Below are positions 35,137 through 43,640 of a DNA stretch of 64,000 nt, piece after piece. A program made the translations under genes and the position numbers. The notes beneath the pieces were generated by a model that was given only the letters and a program-made list of their open reading frames with translations, ran no database searches and was not told the DNA's origin. Source of the DNA: a virus; the IMG/VR virus record IMGVR_UViG_3300033153_010718, positions 1 through 64,000 of that record, one strand, 5' to 3'. Every line of letters begins with the position of its first letter. Positions within the stretch are counted from its first letter, which is position 1.

Positions 35137-35399
35137 CAGTGCGCCCCCATGGCGGCTTTCGCGAGGTGAACGAGCGAAGCGGCAGTCTCGCTGTCCTTGT
35201 AGGTGCTCTTGGCCTGACCGGCGATGGTCGAGAGCACGGCGCGGGAGATGTAGGCGTTCTGCATCTCCGGCGTCAGGCGCGCCCAGCCTGCTCCCCACTG
35301 CGCCTTCGCGCTCTTGCGCGCCGCGCCAACGGTCTGGCCGATCCAAGCCTTGTCCGGCTGCGCTTCGCCCTCGGTCATGAGCCTGCTGTGGAGATTCAC
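35136..35399 (-). CDS. small protein with N-terminal MNLHSRLMTE motif
   Basis: variant of the shared N-terminal motif. Confidence 0.7.
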   Translation of the reverse strand: MNLHSRLMTEGEAQPDKAWIGQTVGAARKSAKAQWGAGWARLTPEMQNAYISRAVLSTIAGQAKSTYKDSETAASLVHLAKAAMGAH

Positions 35400-35460
35400 G
35401 GGATCGCCCCCTTAGCCGCTCCCATGTTCTCTGCTGGAGGCGTCGGAGGCAAGCAAAGGC

Positions 35461-35709
35461 TCAAGCCAGCTCGCCCAGCATGTCCACGGCGCTTCTGGCC
35501 TTGACCGGCACCCAGTCGTCGTGGTCGTAGACGCCTTTGAACGGCACGCGCTGGGCCCGGTCCGCGGCCGGGTTGTCCCGGTTCCGGTTGAAGGCGCGCG
35601 CTTGGCCGCTCGACAACCGCTGTACGAAGTCGGGCTCAGGCCAAAATCCGGCCGTGCGGCGTTCAGCGCAGTTCACGGTGCTGCAGTCGCAAGCCCGGTC
35701 CCACTTCAC
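35461..35709 (-). CDS. tagged small protein (SAVDMLGELA)
   Basis: GTGA overlap; C-terminal motif. Confidence 0.72.
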   Translation of the reverse strand: MKWDRACDCSTVNCAERRTAGFWPEPDFVQRLSSGQARAFNRNRDNPAADRAQRVPFKGVYDHDDWVPVKARSAVDMLGELA

Positions 35710-36053
35710 GACAGCCGGGCCAGCCGCTCTACCGCCGACGTCCCGACGTGCTCGTCGAGGCGGTCGATTCTGAGCTGCAGCGCCTTGCGTATCTGCATTT
35801 GCGGGCAGCAGGCGCGCGCATCGCGCAGGATGTCGCGGAGGACCACGACGTAGGACGGCGGCCACGTCGTCACGTCAATCCGAACCTCTCCGCGGCTGGT
35901 CTCGTCGCTGTCGTCCAGCGCCTTCGCGATCTGGAGCAGCGCGGCGTAGGGCGGCGGGCGGCCGAGCAGATCGCGCCAAAGTCCGGCGTCCGTGCGTTCC
36001 CGCAGGCGCGGCCGGATCTCGGCGCAGATTCGTTTGGTCAGGTGCAGCTTCAC
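35706..36053 (-). CDS. tagged small protein (SAVERLARLS)
   Basis: GTGA overlap; C-terminal motif. Confidence 0.72.
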   Translation of the reverse strand: MKLHLTKRICAEIRPRLRERTDAGLWRDLLGRPPPYAALLQIAKALDDSDETSRGEVRIDVTTWPPSYVVVLRDILRDARACCPQMQIRKALQLRIDRLDEHVGTSAVERLARLS

Positions 36054-36493
36054 AACTCTTCGGCGTTGTAGTAAATATCGGCGATGCGCTGGCACTTCCA
36101 CTCCCGGCCCTCGCGCATGTCCAGCTCTTTCTTACGATCCGTGATCCTGCGCTGCCGCGAGACCAGCTGGTCGTCGCCGCCGAGGTCGGCCAACATCGTG
36201 ATCGGATCGCCGCGGTCCAACGGTTCCCAATCGTCCAGCTTCTTGGCCAGTACCAGAGCCATCGGAGTGCCGCTGTAGTTGTAGACGCGCGTCTCGTAGA
36301 CCGGCTCGTCGGTCTCCAGATCGAACTTCACCAGGTTGCTGGCGGCGATGAACGGCTGCTCCCAGGCCCGGTGCTCTTGCTCGAACTCCGGCGTGCGGCG
36401 GTGAATGCCCCACGTCTCGTTCTTGGGGCCCAGCAGGAACGGCCTGATCGCAACGTGGATCGCGCTTATCTTGGTCGCCAAATGCACCTTCAT
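36050..36493 (-). CDS. hypothetical protein with internal motif variant (DPITMLADLG)
   Basis: ATGA overlap. Confidence 0.7.
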   Translation of the reverse strand: MKVHLATKISAIHVAIRPFLLGPKNETWGIHRRTPEFEQEHRAWEQPFIAASNLVKFDLETDEPVYETRVYNYSGTPMALVLAKKLDDWEPLDRGDPITMLADLGGDDQLVSRQRRITDRKKELDMREGREWKCQRIADIYYNAEEL

Positions 36494-36747
36494 GCCACAA
36501 CTCGCACGAGATCGCCCATGGTCGAGATGACATCACCGTCCTCTAGCTCGACCTCTGTGCAACCAATCGGCCGATCGGGGTCGGAAACCGGGGCGACGAC
36601 GATGACCGGCGCAAGGTCCAGCCGTTTCGGGTCGCCGATGATCTTCACCACAAACCCGTTCTGGCCCACGACGTTCGGCCGAATCGGCCGCGGCCACGCC
36701 TTCTGCAACTTCCTGATCCGCACGAGCGAGCCAATCTCGATCTTCAT
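36490..36747 (-). CDS. SH3/KOW-like protein with motif variant (DVISTMGDLV); leaderless
   Basis: IEIGSLVRI; promoter motif 6 nt upstream. Confidence 0.72.
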   Translation of the reverse strand: MKIEIGSLVRIRKLQKAWPRPIRPNVVGQNGFVVKIIGDPKRLDLAPVIVVAPVSDPDRPIGCTEVELEDGDVISTMGDLVRVVA

Positions 36748-37100
36748 ACGGTTGTTCTACCCAGGTCGATCGAACCCAGCCGCTCAACACCGCCCATCCC
36801 CTCCAGCATCTCGGCGCGTTCGCGCAGCGCCTTGCCGGTGCCGGAGAGCGCCGGAAACTCCGACACCAGCCGAAAGGCGCGCGCGTAGGCGTCGTGCATG
36901 AGCACCGGCACGCGGATCGTGCGAACCTTGATCCCGTCGAGGTGGATGCGCGGCGATTCCAGCGGCGGGCGCGGCAGCGCTCGCATGACGGAGGCCAGCT
37001 CCTCATCGTCCGGGTTCTCCCACAGGATGTGAGCCAGCCCGCAGCGCAGCATCATGAGCTGAACACCGGTCAGCTTGATCGGTGTGCCGGATTTCTTCAC
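36744..37100 (-). CDS. tagged protein (GGVERLGSID); leaderless
   Basis: ATGA overlap; promoter motif 6 nt upstream. Confidence 0.72.
   Translation of the reverse strand: MKKSGTPIKLTGVQLMMLRCGLAHILWENPDDEELASVMRALPRPPLESPRIHLDGIKVRTIRVPVLMHDAYARAFRLVSEFPALSGTGKALRERAEMLEGMGGVERLGSIDLGRTTV
36754..36762 (-). promoter_or_regulatory. GGGTAGAAC-N6-ATG leaderless promoter element
   Basis: exact 6-nt spacing. Confidence 0.78.
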
Positions 37101-37106
37101 GACCCT

Positions 37107-37115
37107 GTTCTACCC
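37107..37115 (-). promoter_or_regulatory. GGGTAGAAC-N6-GTG leaderless promoter element
   Basis: exact 6-nt spacing. Confidence 0.78.
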
Positions 37116-37148
37116 CGGCTCTTGCCCATCACCGGCCGATCTGTGAGC

Positions 37149-37661
37149 CTAACCACAGGAAGAGTCGTCGCTACCGTCGTCTGGCGCCAGCGCGGCCAAA
37201 GCGTCGATCACGGACACGTGCGCCAGGATCGCGGCACAGACCGCCTCGAACGCACGACCTTCCCACTTGGCAATGCGCTTCACCGCCGCTCGTCCCATCT
37301 CCACGAAGTTCTCGCCGCTGTTGAATTGCTCCTTCAGGATGACGCAGACGTACGGCTTGTATCGGTAGCGCTTGCCTTTGGGTGGATAGTACTGGTGATA
37401 GCCGCCGGAGCCGCAAGAGCGCCGCCAGTCGGTGGCGAGCATGTAGCTCTTGATCCACGTCCAGTCCAGGCTCTCGATGAGCTGCGCTCGGCGGTCGTCG
37501 CGGTAGACATCCGCGAGCCACTCGGCAACATCGTCCTTCGAGTGCGCCTTCTCGTCCGAGAACGCGAGCATTAGCTTGCGAACGATCGGCACGAGCGCCG
37601 GCCGCAGATCGATCTCGGTCGCGCCAGCTGGAACTTGCACAACGAACGGATCCCCGGTCAC
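37149..37661 (-). CDS. tagged protein (SVIDALAALA)
   Basis: GTGA overlap. Confidence 0.72.
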   Translation of the reverse strand: MTGDPFVVQVPAGATEIDLRPALVPIVRKLMLAFSDEKAHSKDDVAEWLADVYRDDRRAQLIESLDWTWIKSYMLATDWRRSCGSGGYHQYYPPKGKRYRYKPYVCVILKEQFNSGENFVEMGRAAVKRIAKWEGRAFEAVCAAILAHVSVIDALAALAPDDGSDDSSCG

Positions 37662-37951
37662 GTCCCCCACGCCTCCTCGGACAGCCGCGCCTTTTCGCGC
37701 AGCCAACGCCAGTAGCCGTCCTCCGTTCGCTTGCCGATCATCATGTAGTGCGGCGCGTGCGTCCCGTCGATGACCTTCTGCTCCATCGCGGTCAGGCCCA
37801 TCACACAATCGCCTTCGTGGTCTCTCGCGCGTACGCAACGCGACCACGCGGGCGAGCCGACGTAAAAGGCAAGAGACGTCGCGCTGCCGTCCCCGCACCG
37901 GAAGAGGTGGGCCAGGCGATCGACAGCGCTCTTGACCTCCTCAGTCATCAT
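37658..37951 (-). CDS. protein with the motif at its N-terminus (SAVDRLAHLF)
   Basis: GGGAGG RBS; coupled. Confidence 0.7.
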   Translation of the reverse strand: MMTEEVKSAVDRLAHLFRCGDGSATSLAFYVGSPAWSRCVRARDHEGDCVMGLTAMEQKVIDGTHAPHYMMIGKRTEDGYWRWLREKARLSEEAWGT

Positions 37952-38153
37952 CCTCCCGCACCAGGTCCCCGAGTTGATCTACGGCCGAGCGCGGCGGGCC
38001 GAACGCCGTCACGGTAATCTCGTCGTGGATAGTGGAGAACACCGGGCCGAGCTTCGTGACCCCGGCCGTCGCGATCTTCATCGAGGCGGCTAGGCGCTTG
38101 AAGGCCGGGAGCAACTGCGCGAAGGCGTCGGAGGTGTTGGTCTGCCGGCTCAT
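37941..38153 (-). CDS. tagged small protein (SAVDQLGDLV)
   Basis: ATGA overlap. Confidence 0.72.
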   Translation of the reverse strand: MSRQTNTSDAFAQLLPAFKRLAASMKIATAGVTKLGPVFSTIHDEITVTAFGPPRSAVDQLGDLVREDDD

Positions 38154-38422
38154 GGTTCCACCACCCGCGCCAGCCGGTCTACCGCAGACCAGGGCTCGTA
38201 GACCGGCTCCAGATGCGAGTCCAGCATGCCCTCCCCGAGCCGGAACGTGATGTTGAACCGCTGCACCAACGAGGGGCACGTCTCGCGCAATCGTAGGATC
38301 GTGCCGAACGCGACGCGCTGCCAGTCCCAGGGCGCCAAGCCGTCCGCCGGCTCCAAGCACTCGCACTCCTCGATCGTTCGGGCCACCAGAACTTTCTCGG
38401 CGTGGGTCGGTTCTTCGGTCAC
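38150..38422 (-). CDS. tagged small protein (SAVDRLARVV)
   Basis: GTGA overlap. Confidence 0.72.
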   Translation of the reverse strand: MTEEPTHAEKVLVARTIEECECLEPADGLAPWDWQRVAFGTILRLRETCPSLVQRFNITFRLGEGMLDSHLEPVYEPWSAVDRLARVVEP

Positions 38423-38706
38423 GGTACGACCCGCCACGGCAAGCGCGGAGGCGAGGGCGCGCCGGGCCGCACCAGATCTGCGAGCCGGTCTACCGCCGAG
38501 CGCCGGTCCTGGTAACAGGCCATGGCCATGGCCGTCGCCATGTAGTTGACCGCGTCGTTCGCCTCCCGCCGCATCCTGTCAACACGGGTCTCGAAGTGTT
38601 GGAGTTCGGCGGCGAAACTGGGGGACGCCGGCTCCATGAAATGCGCCGGCACCACGAGCGCCTTGCTCATCATCAGATTGCGCAGGCGCTCGTATTCCTC
38701 CCTCAT
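38419..38706 (-). CDS. tagged small protein (SAVDRLADLV)
   Basis: ATGA overlap. Confidence 0.72.
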   Translation of the reverse strand: MREEYERLRNLMMSKALVVPAHFMEPASPSFAAELQHFETRVDRMRREANDAVNYMATAMAMACYQDRRSAVDRLADLVRPGAPSPPRLPWRVVP

Positions 38707-39050
38707 GGTTCGTTCCTCCCAACATCGCCCAGCAGGTCCACCGCGCTGATGCCGATAAGATCGGCCACGTCTCGCGCGATCCGCGCCATCTCGGCGCGGT
38801 GCTCATCCGGGCCGTGCACCACAGCGAAGCGCGCGAGCCAGTAGAGCGGTTCGACGAACGACGCGCGCTTGACCATCGTCCCCTCCGCGCGCCCTTGGCC
38901 CTGGAACAGCAGAAGTTCTGCGTCGGCGAGCGAGTAGACCATCAGATGGCCGGGAACCGCCTCGCGAATCTGCTCCTCCCGGCAGACGGACATCAGGTCG
39001 AGCAGGTAGGCGCAGGCGGCAGCGCTGACCGGCACTCCATCAGTCGGCAT
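38703..39050 (-). CDS. tagged small protein (SAVDLLGDVG)
   Basis: GGGAGG RBS. Confidence 0.72.
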   Translation of the reverse strand: MPTDGVPVSAAACAYLLDLMSVCREEQIREAVPGHLMVYSLADAELLLFQGQGRAEGTMVKRASFVEPLYWLARFAVVHGPDEHRAEMARIARDVADLIGISAVDLLGDVGRNEP

Positions 39051-39303
39051 CGGCTAGCCCTCCCAGCAGGTCAACCGCGCTAGCCTCCAAGTACTCCTTC
39101 AGCATCCAATCGGCGTCTCGGTGCGCGAACGAGCGCATCAGCTGTTTGTTGATCCGCGCCATGCGCTCCTCTGGGCACACGATCTCGAACAACTCCTGCC
39201 GTACCTTGGTATCGCCCGAGCGGGCGCGCTCGGTCAGTTCTGGATTCTCCTCGCACGCGGCGCACACACGCGCGGACCACGGCTCGCCCTTCCGCCAGGT
39301 CAC
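39040..39303 (-). CDS. tagged small protein (SAVDLLGGLA)
   Basis: GTGA overlap; CAAC. Confidence 0.72.
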   Translation of the reverse strand: MTWRKGEPWSARVCAACEENPELTERARSGDTKVRQELFEIVCPEERMARINKQLMRSFAHRDADWMLKEYLEASAVDLLGGLADAD

Positions 39304-39539
39304 GACACCAGCTCGCCGAGTTGATCCACCACGGAAACGAGCACCAGACCGCCAGAGCGCCGATTGCCGGGCACGTGGCTCGCCACGCGTCCGTTATCGT
39401 CCCTGCGCGCACTCACGACAACCCTGTGCGGTTGAACATCGACCGCGGTCACCGTTCCCATGCGCCGCCCGTAGGTTTCCCTGTGAACCTCCCCGGACCA
39501 GTAACACCAGGACACGCGGTCTCCAACGCGGAAGGTCAC
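39300..39539 (-). CDS. tagged SH3/KOW-like protein (SVVDQLGELV)
   Basis: FRVGDRV. Confidence 0.72.
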   Translation of the reverse strand: MTFRVGDRVSWCYWSGEVHRETYGRRMGTVTAVDVQPHRVVVSARRDDNGRVASHVPGNRRSGGLVLVSVVDQLGELVS

Positions 39540-39772
39540 ACCAGCTCCCCCAGCTTGTCCACAACGCCGAGCGGCCGGAGCAGGCCGACCACCTCGTGCG
39601 CGGGGTGGTCCGGCGTATCGTCGAAGCGGACTACGCACGTCGCGCCCGCCTTCTCGGAGTAGCCGAGCACCGTGCCGCGCCGCCCGCCGAGAGACGCCGA
39701 CTCTGGAATGCCCTCGACGCGGTCGCCGATCTTGAAGCGGTACCAGTAGTCGTCGCTGGGACGATCTTTCAT
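39536..39772 (-). CDS. tagged SH3/KOW-like protein (GVVDKLGELV)
   Basis: FKIGDRV. Confidence 0.72.
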   Translation of the reverse strand: MKDRPSDDYWYRFKIGDRVEGIPESASLGGRRGTVLGYSEKAGATCVVRFDDTPDHPAHEVVGLLRPLGVVDKLGELV

Positions 39773-40176
39773 CGAGGCAGCGCCAGACTACCGAGCGCAT
39801 CCACGGCCTGCAGACCGGTCGCGTTGATCATCTCCGTGATGCGCCGCTCCAGGGCCGCGCGCACCTGCGGATTGGTCACCGGCTTCCGGTGCTGCGTCGG
39901 GCAGTCGTGCGAGTGGTCCGGCTCGTCCAGCGTGGACCTGATCAGCGAGAGCAAGAGCCGCACGCTCGGCAACGGCCACCCGTCGATGTCCTTGTAGACG
40001 CTGCCGCCGTACGTGCCCTTGTGAGAGCCGCTCATGATGAAGCTGCTGACCCGCTGATAGTGCTCGTCGCCGGAGCGGGTATCGGTCGGACGTCCGTGCC
40101 AGTCCCATGAGCCGAACGTGCGCTTGAGCGCGCGACACTGCGTCTTGCTGAACCGGACCTCGGTCTTAGGTCTCAT
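39769..40176 (-). CDS. tagged protein (QAVDALGSLA)
   Basis: coupled. Confidence 0.72.
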   Translation of the reverse strand: MRPKTEVRFSKTQCRALKRTFGSWDWHGRPTDTRSGDEHYQRVSSFIMSGSHKGTYGGSVYKDIDGWPLPSVRLLLSLIRSTLDEPDHSHDCPTQHRKPVTNPQVRAALERRITEMINATGLQAVDALGSLALPR

Positions 40177-40384
40177 CGACCAGCTCCGCCAGTTGATCGA
40201 CCGCGGGCGCGGGCGCGAGACGATCGGGCGAGAAGACCCCGCCCTCTCCGTTGTTGAACTTCACGAACCAGCCGCCAGGTCCGTCACCGCCGCGGCTCGT
40301 GTCGCGGAGGATCCGACCGAGCATGCTCTGGTACTTCCCGCGCCGGCCGGTGTAGATGACCAGATCGCCCTCTTTCAGCATCAC
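40166..40384 (-). CDS. tagged SH3/KOW-like protein (PAVDQLAELV)
   Basis: LKEGDLV; GGAGGAGG RBS. Confidence 0.75.
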   Translation of the reverse strand: MMLKEGDLVIYTGRRGKYQSMLGRILRDTSRGGDGPGGWFVKFNNGEGGVFSPDRLAPAPAVDQLAELVDET

Positions 40385-40593
40385 GCCTCCTCCCGAACGA
40401 TGTTGGCCAGCTGGACCACGGCGGGCTCCGGCTCCAGCACTTCCTCATCGAGTGTGTACGTCCACGACGCGTCGCACGCGACGCGATAGGCGTGAGCGGC
40501 TCCCCAGTCGTAACAGTCAACGACGGTTCCCGGACCGGCGACCGGCTCCACCACGCGGTCACCGACCTTGAATCTTCCCTTGCGCTTACTCAC
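40381..40593 (-). CDS. tagged SH3/KOW-like protein (PAVVQLANIV)
   Basis: FKVGDRV. Confidence 0.75.
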   Translation of the reverse strand: MSKRKGRFKVGDRVVEPVAGPGTVVDCYDWGAAHAYRVACDASWTYTLDEEVLEPEPAVVQLANIVREEA

Positions 40594-40813
40594 GGGCCAA
40601 CCTGGCGAGCCGGTCTATGGCCGGCTCCGGCCACAGGGCCTCCTCGACGAGGGTAATCCGCTCCTCGAAGAAGGGGGCGGTGATGGGGAGATCGAGCAGG
40701 AGTTGGTAGCTCCAGCCGATGTTCTGGTCCAGGTAGAAGAACTCGATGACCGCGGCACCGTAGAGGTAAGTCACTACGCGGTCGCCGATCTTGAAGCGCG
40801 CCGGCTCAGGCAT
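40586..40813 (-). CDS. tagged SH3/KOW-like protein (PAIDRLARLA)
   Basis: FKIGDRV. Confidence 0.75.
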   Translation of the reverse strand: MPEPARFKIGDRVVTYLYGAAVIEFFYLDQNIGWSYQLLLDLPITAPFFEERITLVEEALWPEPAIDRLARLARE

Positions 40814-41021
40814 CGTCCCCCACGATCGCGGCGAGCTGGACTACAACCGATTCCGGCTCCAACGCCCCCTGAACGTACTGGACCAAGGGCGCCGGGCGGT
40901 CGAGCGCGACCGTGTAGATCGGGCCGATAACACGGCCCTGGTAGTAGGTCTTGATCTTGCCGGAGCCGTGATGCGCGGTCACCACGCGGTCGCCGACCGC
41001 AAAGTGTGCCGGGCTAGGCAT
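40806..41021 (-). CDS. tagged SH3/KOW-like protein (SVVVQLAAIV)
   Basis: FAVGDRV. Confidence 0.72.
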   Translation of the reverse strand: MPSPAHFAVGDRVVTAHHGSGKIKTYYQGRVIGPIYTVALDRPAPLVQYVQGALEPESVVVQLAAIVGDDA

Positions 41022-41226
41022 CGGCCAGCTCCCCGAGCAGATCGATCGCGGATCTCGGCACGACCTTCTCGACCGGCACCTCCTTGAGAATCCCGTTCGT
41101 GAACGAGAGATCGTAGGACGCGCGTCCGCGCACATTCCCGCGCACGGCCCAGATCGTCGCCCGCCAGCGCTCCTGCGCGCCTTCCACAGTCTCGTGCAGG
41201 TAGTAGACCTTGTCGCCAACCTTCAT
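41014..41226 (-). CDS. tagged SH3/KOW-like protein (SAIDLLGELA); leaderless
   Basis: MKVGDKV; promoter motif 6 nt upstream. Confidence 0.78.
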   Translation of the reverse strand: MKVGDKVYYLHETVEGAQERWRATIWAVRGNVRGRASYDLSFTNGILKEVPVEKVVPRSAIDLLGELADA

Positions 41227-41232
41227 ACCTAC

Positions 41233-41241
41233 GTTCTACCC
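41233..41241 (-). promoter_or_regulatory. GGGTAGAAC-N6-ATG leaderless promoter element
   Basis: exact 6-nt spacing. Confidence 0.78.
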
Positions 41242-41289
41242 CCGCTCTTGCGCTGCGGTGCACACGCATAGACCATGAAAGCGGAAGAG

Positions 41290-41883
41290 TCAGTCGCTAC
41301 CCCGCTCGCGCGGCGCCAGCTTCGCGAGCAGCTCCACCACGCTCGGCATGCCGGCCTCGTTCAGGTCCACGTAGATGCTGGACGCCATGCCGTCGGCCTC
41401 GAACACGACTAGCCGCAGGCAGTTCAGGTGCGCCCTCGGCTCGCACGCGCACACCCAGTGCTTTGCCCGGCGCCTCCAGCGGCGATAGCCGGCGCCCGAT
41501 TCCATGCCCTCGGGCGGGTCCGTGCTGTTCCAGTAGGGGTAGTCCTCCACGAAGTCGGGCAGCTCCAGCTCGTGCCGCGTCAGGTACTCGCCCCAGGGCA
41601 CCGTGTAGGCCCATCTGCCCCGCGGCCACCAGATCCGCCAGCCGCACTCCAGATCGAGAAGCGGGGTCCGGTGGGACTCTGCCGCCACCTTCCTGAAGAT
41701 GTCGGTGATCTTCCGCGTGCGCGCGTGCCAGGTATTCTTGTCCAGCACCTCCGGCTTGATCGCCGCGGCCAGGTGCCGCGCCTGCTCCAGGATGAACGCG
41801 TAATGCGCCGGCCGCACGGTGTCTACGAATTCGCCGAGCTTCGTCTTGGGGAAGCGCTTGCCCTCGAAGATCTTGGTACTCAC
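41290..41883 (-). CDS. tagged protein (SVVELLAKLA)
   Basis: GTGA overlap; YPYWNSTDPPEG motif. Confidence 0.72.
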   Translation of the reverse strand: MSTKIFEGKRFPKTKLGEFVDTVRPAHYAFILEQARHLAAAIKPEVLDKNTWHARTRKITDIFRKVAAESHRTPLLDLECGWRIWWPRGRWAYTVPWGEYLTRHELELPDFVEDYPYWNSTDPPEGMESGAGYRRWRRRAKHWVCACEPRAHLNCLRLVVFEADGMASSIYVDLNEAGMPSVVELLAKLAPRERGSD

Positions 41884-42104
41884 CCGACAACCTCCGCGAG
41901 TAGATCGACAGCCGACATCGGACGTATATGGTCTGGGCGCACCCCGATGATGCGGGCCCGACCGACGCCGCGCGTGACCAAAGCGAGGATGGTGTAGCCG
42001 GCGTAGTTGGGCGGCGGGCAGCGCTCGATGGTCGCGTAGAGCCGGCGACCGGACTTCCAGCGCGGATCGTACATCACCCGGTCGCCGGTCTCGAACCCGC
42101 TCAT
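41880..42104 (-). CDS. tagged SH3/KOW-like protein (SAVDLLAEVV)
   Basis: FETGDRV. Confidence 0.75.
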   Translation of the reverse strand: MSGFETGDRVMYDPRWKSGRRLYATIERCPPPNYAGYTILALVTRGVGRARIIGVRPDHIRPMSAVDLLAEVVG

Positions 42105-42328
42105 CGGACGATGTCCGCAAGAAGCTCTACGGCCGACAGCGGCTCCAGCTGGCCGACCAACGCGCGCCTGGGCTGCCGCGGCACGCCCCCTAAACCGGGC
42201 CCGTCCATTCGGATGACGTAGCCTCCGTCATGGCACGGCCCGCTCACGGTTGCCCGCTCACGGTTGCCGTGCCACTGGCGCGGGTCGTAGATCACCCTGT
42301 CTCCAGGCTCATACGAGGTCAGGCTCAT
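42101..42328 (-). CDS. tagged SH3/KOW-like protein (SAVELLADIV)
   Basis: YEPGDRV. Confidence 0.72.
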   Translation of the reverse strand: MSLTSYEPGDRVIYDPRQWHGNRERATVSGPCHDGGYVIRMDGPGLGGVPRQPRRALVGQLEPLSAVELLADIVR

Positions 42329-42702
42329 AGGAGGCCGGGCTCGCGCGCGACCATGGCCAGCGCCGTGACTGCGTCCATGGTCTTGAGCATCTCCTTGCGC
42401 ATCGCTTTGGCGAAGAACGCCTGCGCAACCTTGAGCCCTTCGGCGTGTGCGGTCTCGGCGGCGGCGGCCTCGGCGTTCTTGTACACCACGCGATGCTCCT
42501 CGCAGCAGAACAGCCGCGGGAGCACGTCCGCGTCGTAGTGTCCGTGCTGCCACTCTGTGTAGAGCTTCGCAACCGAGTCGCCGACGTGGACGCTGCGCGC
42601 AACCCACGGGGCCGGCAGCTCGATCTTATCGCGCAGCGCGGCCCCGATCTCGTGAACCGTGAAGCAGAGCTGGCAGCGGAGCACGAGCGCCAGGCCCTTC
42701 AT
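42325..42702 (-). CDS. tagged Zn-binding protein (DAVTALAMVA); leaderless
   Basis: CQLC...FCCEEH; promoter motif 6 nt upstream. Confidence 0.72.
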   Translation of the reverse strand: MKGLALVLRCQLCFTVHEIGAALRDKIELPAPWVARSVHVGDSVAKLYTEWQHGHYDADVLPRLFCCEEHRVVYKNAEAAAAETAHAEGLKVAQAFFAKAMRKEMLKTMDAVTALAMVAREPGLL

Positions 42703-43022
42703 GACGCCGTTCTACCCAGGTCCGCGAGACGGTCCACGGCGCTCCGCTGCTCCTCAAGAAGCTCGTCCAGATCCGAGAAGCCCGCCTCCTCGATCTTCTC
42801 TTCGGCGTCGAGCGCCCCTTTGGCGATCTCCAGCAGCTCGAACAGCGTGCTGTCGGTCAGCGCTTCAAAGAGGTTGGCCTCGTCATCGTCGGTAGTGCGT
42901 GCCAACAGCTGGTCGTGTACGTCGGTGATCTCCCACGAACCGTAGCGCAGCCTGCTGAACCGCTTGCCGCCGGCCATGCGCGCTGCGAGCAGCTCCAGCG
43001 CGGCGATCTTGCCTCTAGTCAT
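42699..43022 (-). CDS. tagged protein (SAVDRLADLG)
   Basis: ATGA overlap. Confidence 0.72.
   Translation of the reverse strand: MTRGKIAALELLAARMAGGKRFSRLRYGSWEITDVHDQLLARTTDDDEANLFEALTDSTLFELLEIAKGALDAEEKIEEAGFSDLDELLEEQRSAVDRLADLGRTAS
42709..42717 (-). promoter_or_regulatory. GGGTAGAAC-N6-ATG leaderless promoter element
   Basis: exact 6-nt spacing. Confidence 0.78.
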
Positions 43023-43266
43023 CGTCGGCAACCTCCCCGAGCAATGTCACCGCGTCCAGCGGCACCAGGCAGAACACAAACGTCCTCAACGGCGGCGCGC
43101 CGCCACTGTCGTCGTAGTCCACCGAGACTTGGGCCACGAGCTTGCCGTCCATCCAGGTCCCGAAGAAGGGCACCGAGACCACAGTCCCAACGCGACCCGA
43201 GCGCGGCCCTCGGAACGCCCGCACGCGCACGCCCTCCTGCGCCCACGTGTCGATCGAAACGAGCAT
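43015..43266 (-). CDS. tagged SH3-like protein (DAVTLLGEVA)
   Basis: TGATG coupling. Confidence 0.7.
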   Translation of the reverse strand: MLVSIDTWAQEGVRVRAFRGPRSGRVGTVVSVPFFGTWMDGKLVAQVSVDYDDSGGAPPLRTFVFCLVPLDAVTLLGEVADDD

Positions 43267-43577
43267 CAGACCAGATCCGCCAGGCGGTCCACCGCCGGCA
43301 GCGCCACCAGGTAGCGCTCCTCCGTGCCGAGGAGCCGCTCGGTCGTGCGCGGAAGCGGGCGCAGGTTGTAGGTCCACCAGCCAAAGCCGAAGTGGGCGCG
43401 CTCCTTCAGCGACGAGTAGAGGTTCACCTCCTCGACCTCGAACCGCCGGCCGTAGCAGTATTTGCGCAAGACCACGTCGCCAACGGCGAACAGCGGGTAG
43501 CCGGCTTCCTCGGGAACGCGAACGCTCCCGCGCGTTCCGGCGTGCCACCGCCACCCCGCTTTTCCGACGTCGTTCAT
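43266..43577 (-). CDS. tagged SH3/KOW-like protein (PAVDRLADLV); leaderless; first gene of the minus-strand array
   Basis: FAVGDVV; GGGTAAAAC 6 nt upstream. Confidence 0.75.
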   Translation of the reverse strand: MNDVGKAGWRWHAGTRGSVRVPEEAGYPLFAVGDVVLRKYCYGRRFEVEEVNLYSSLKERAHFGFGWWTYNLRPLPRTTERLLGTEERYLVALPAVDRLADLV

Positions 43578-43583
43578 ACAGCT

Positions 43584-43592
43584 GTTTTACCC
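43584..43592 (-). promoter_or_regulatory. GGGTAAAAC-N6-ATG variant promoter element
   Basis: one mismatch to consensus; exact 6-nt spacing. Confidence 0.7.
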
Positions 43593-43612
43593 CCCTCGTG
43601 CGCCGGCAGCGG

Positions 43613-43621
43613 GGGTAGAAC
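43613..43621 (+). promoter_or_regulatory. GGGTAGAAC element, divergent partner (AGGAG RBS follows)
   Basis: back-to-back with the element at 43584. Confidence 0.75.
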
Positions 43622-43640
43622 AACACCAGGAGCAACCGCC

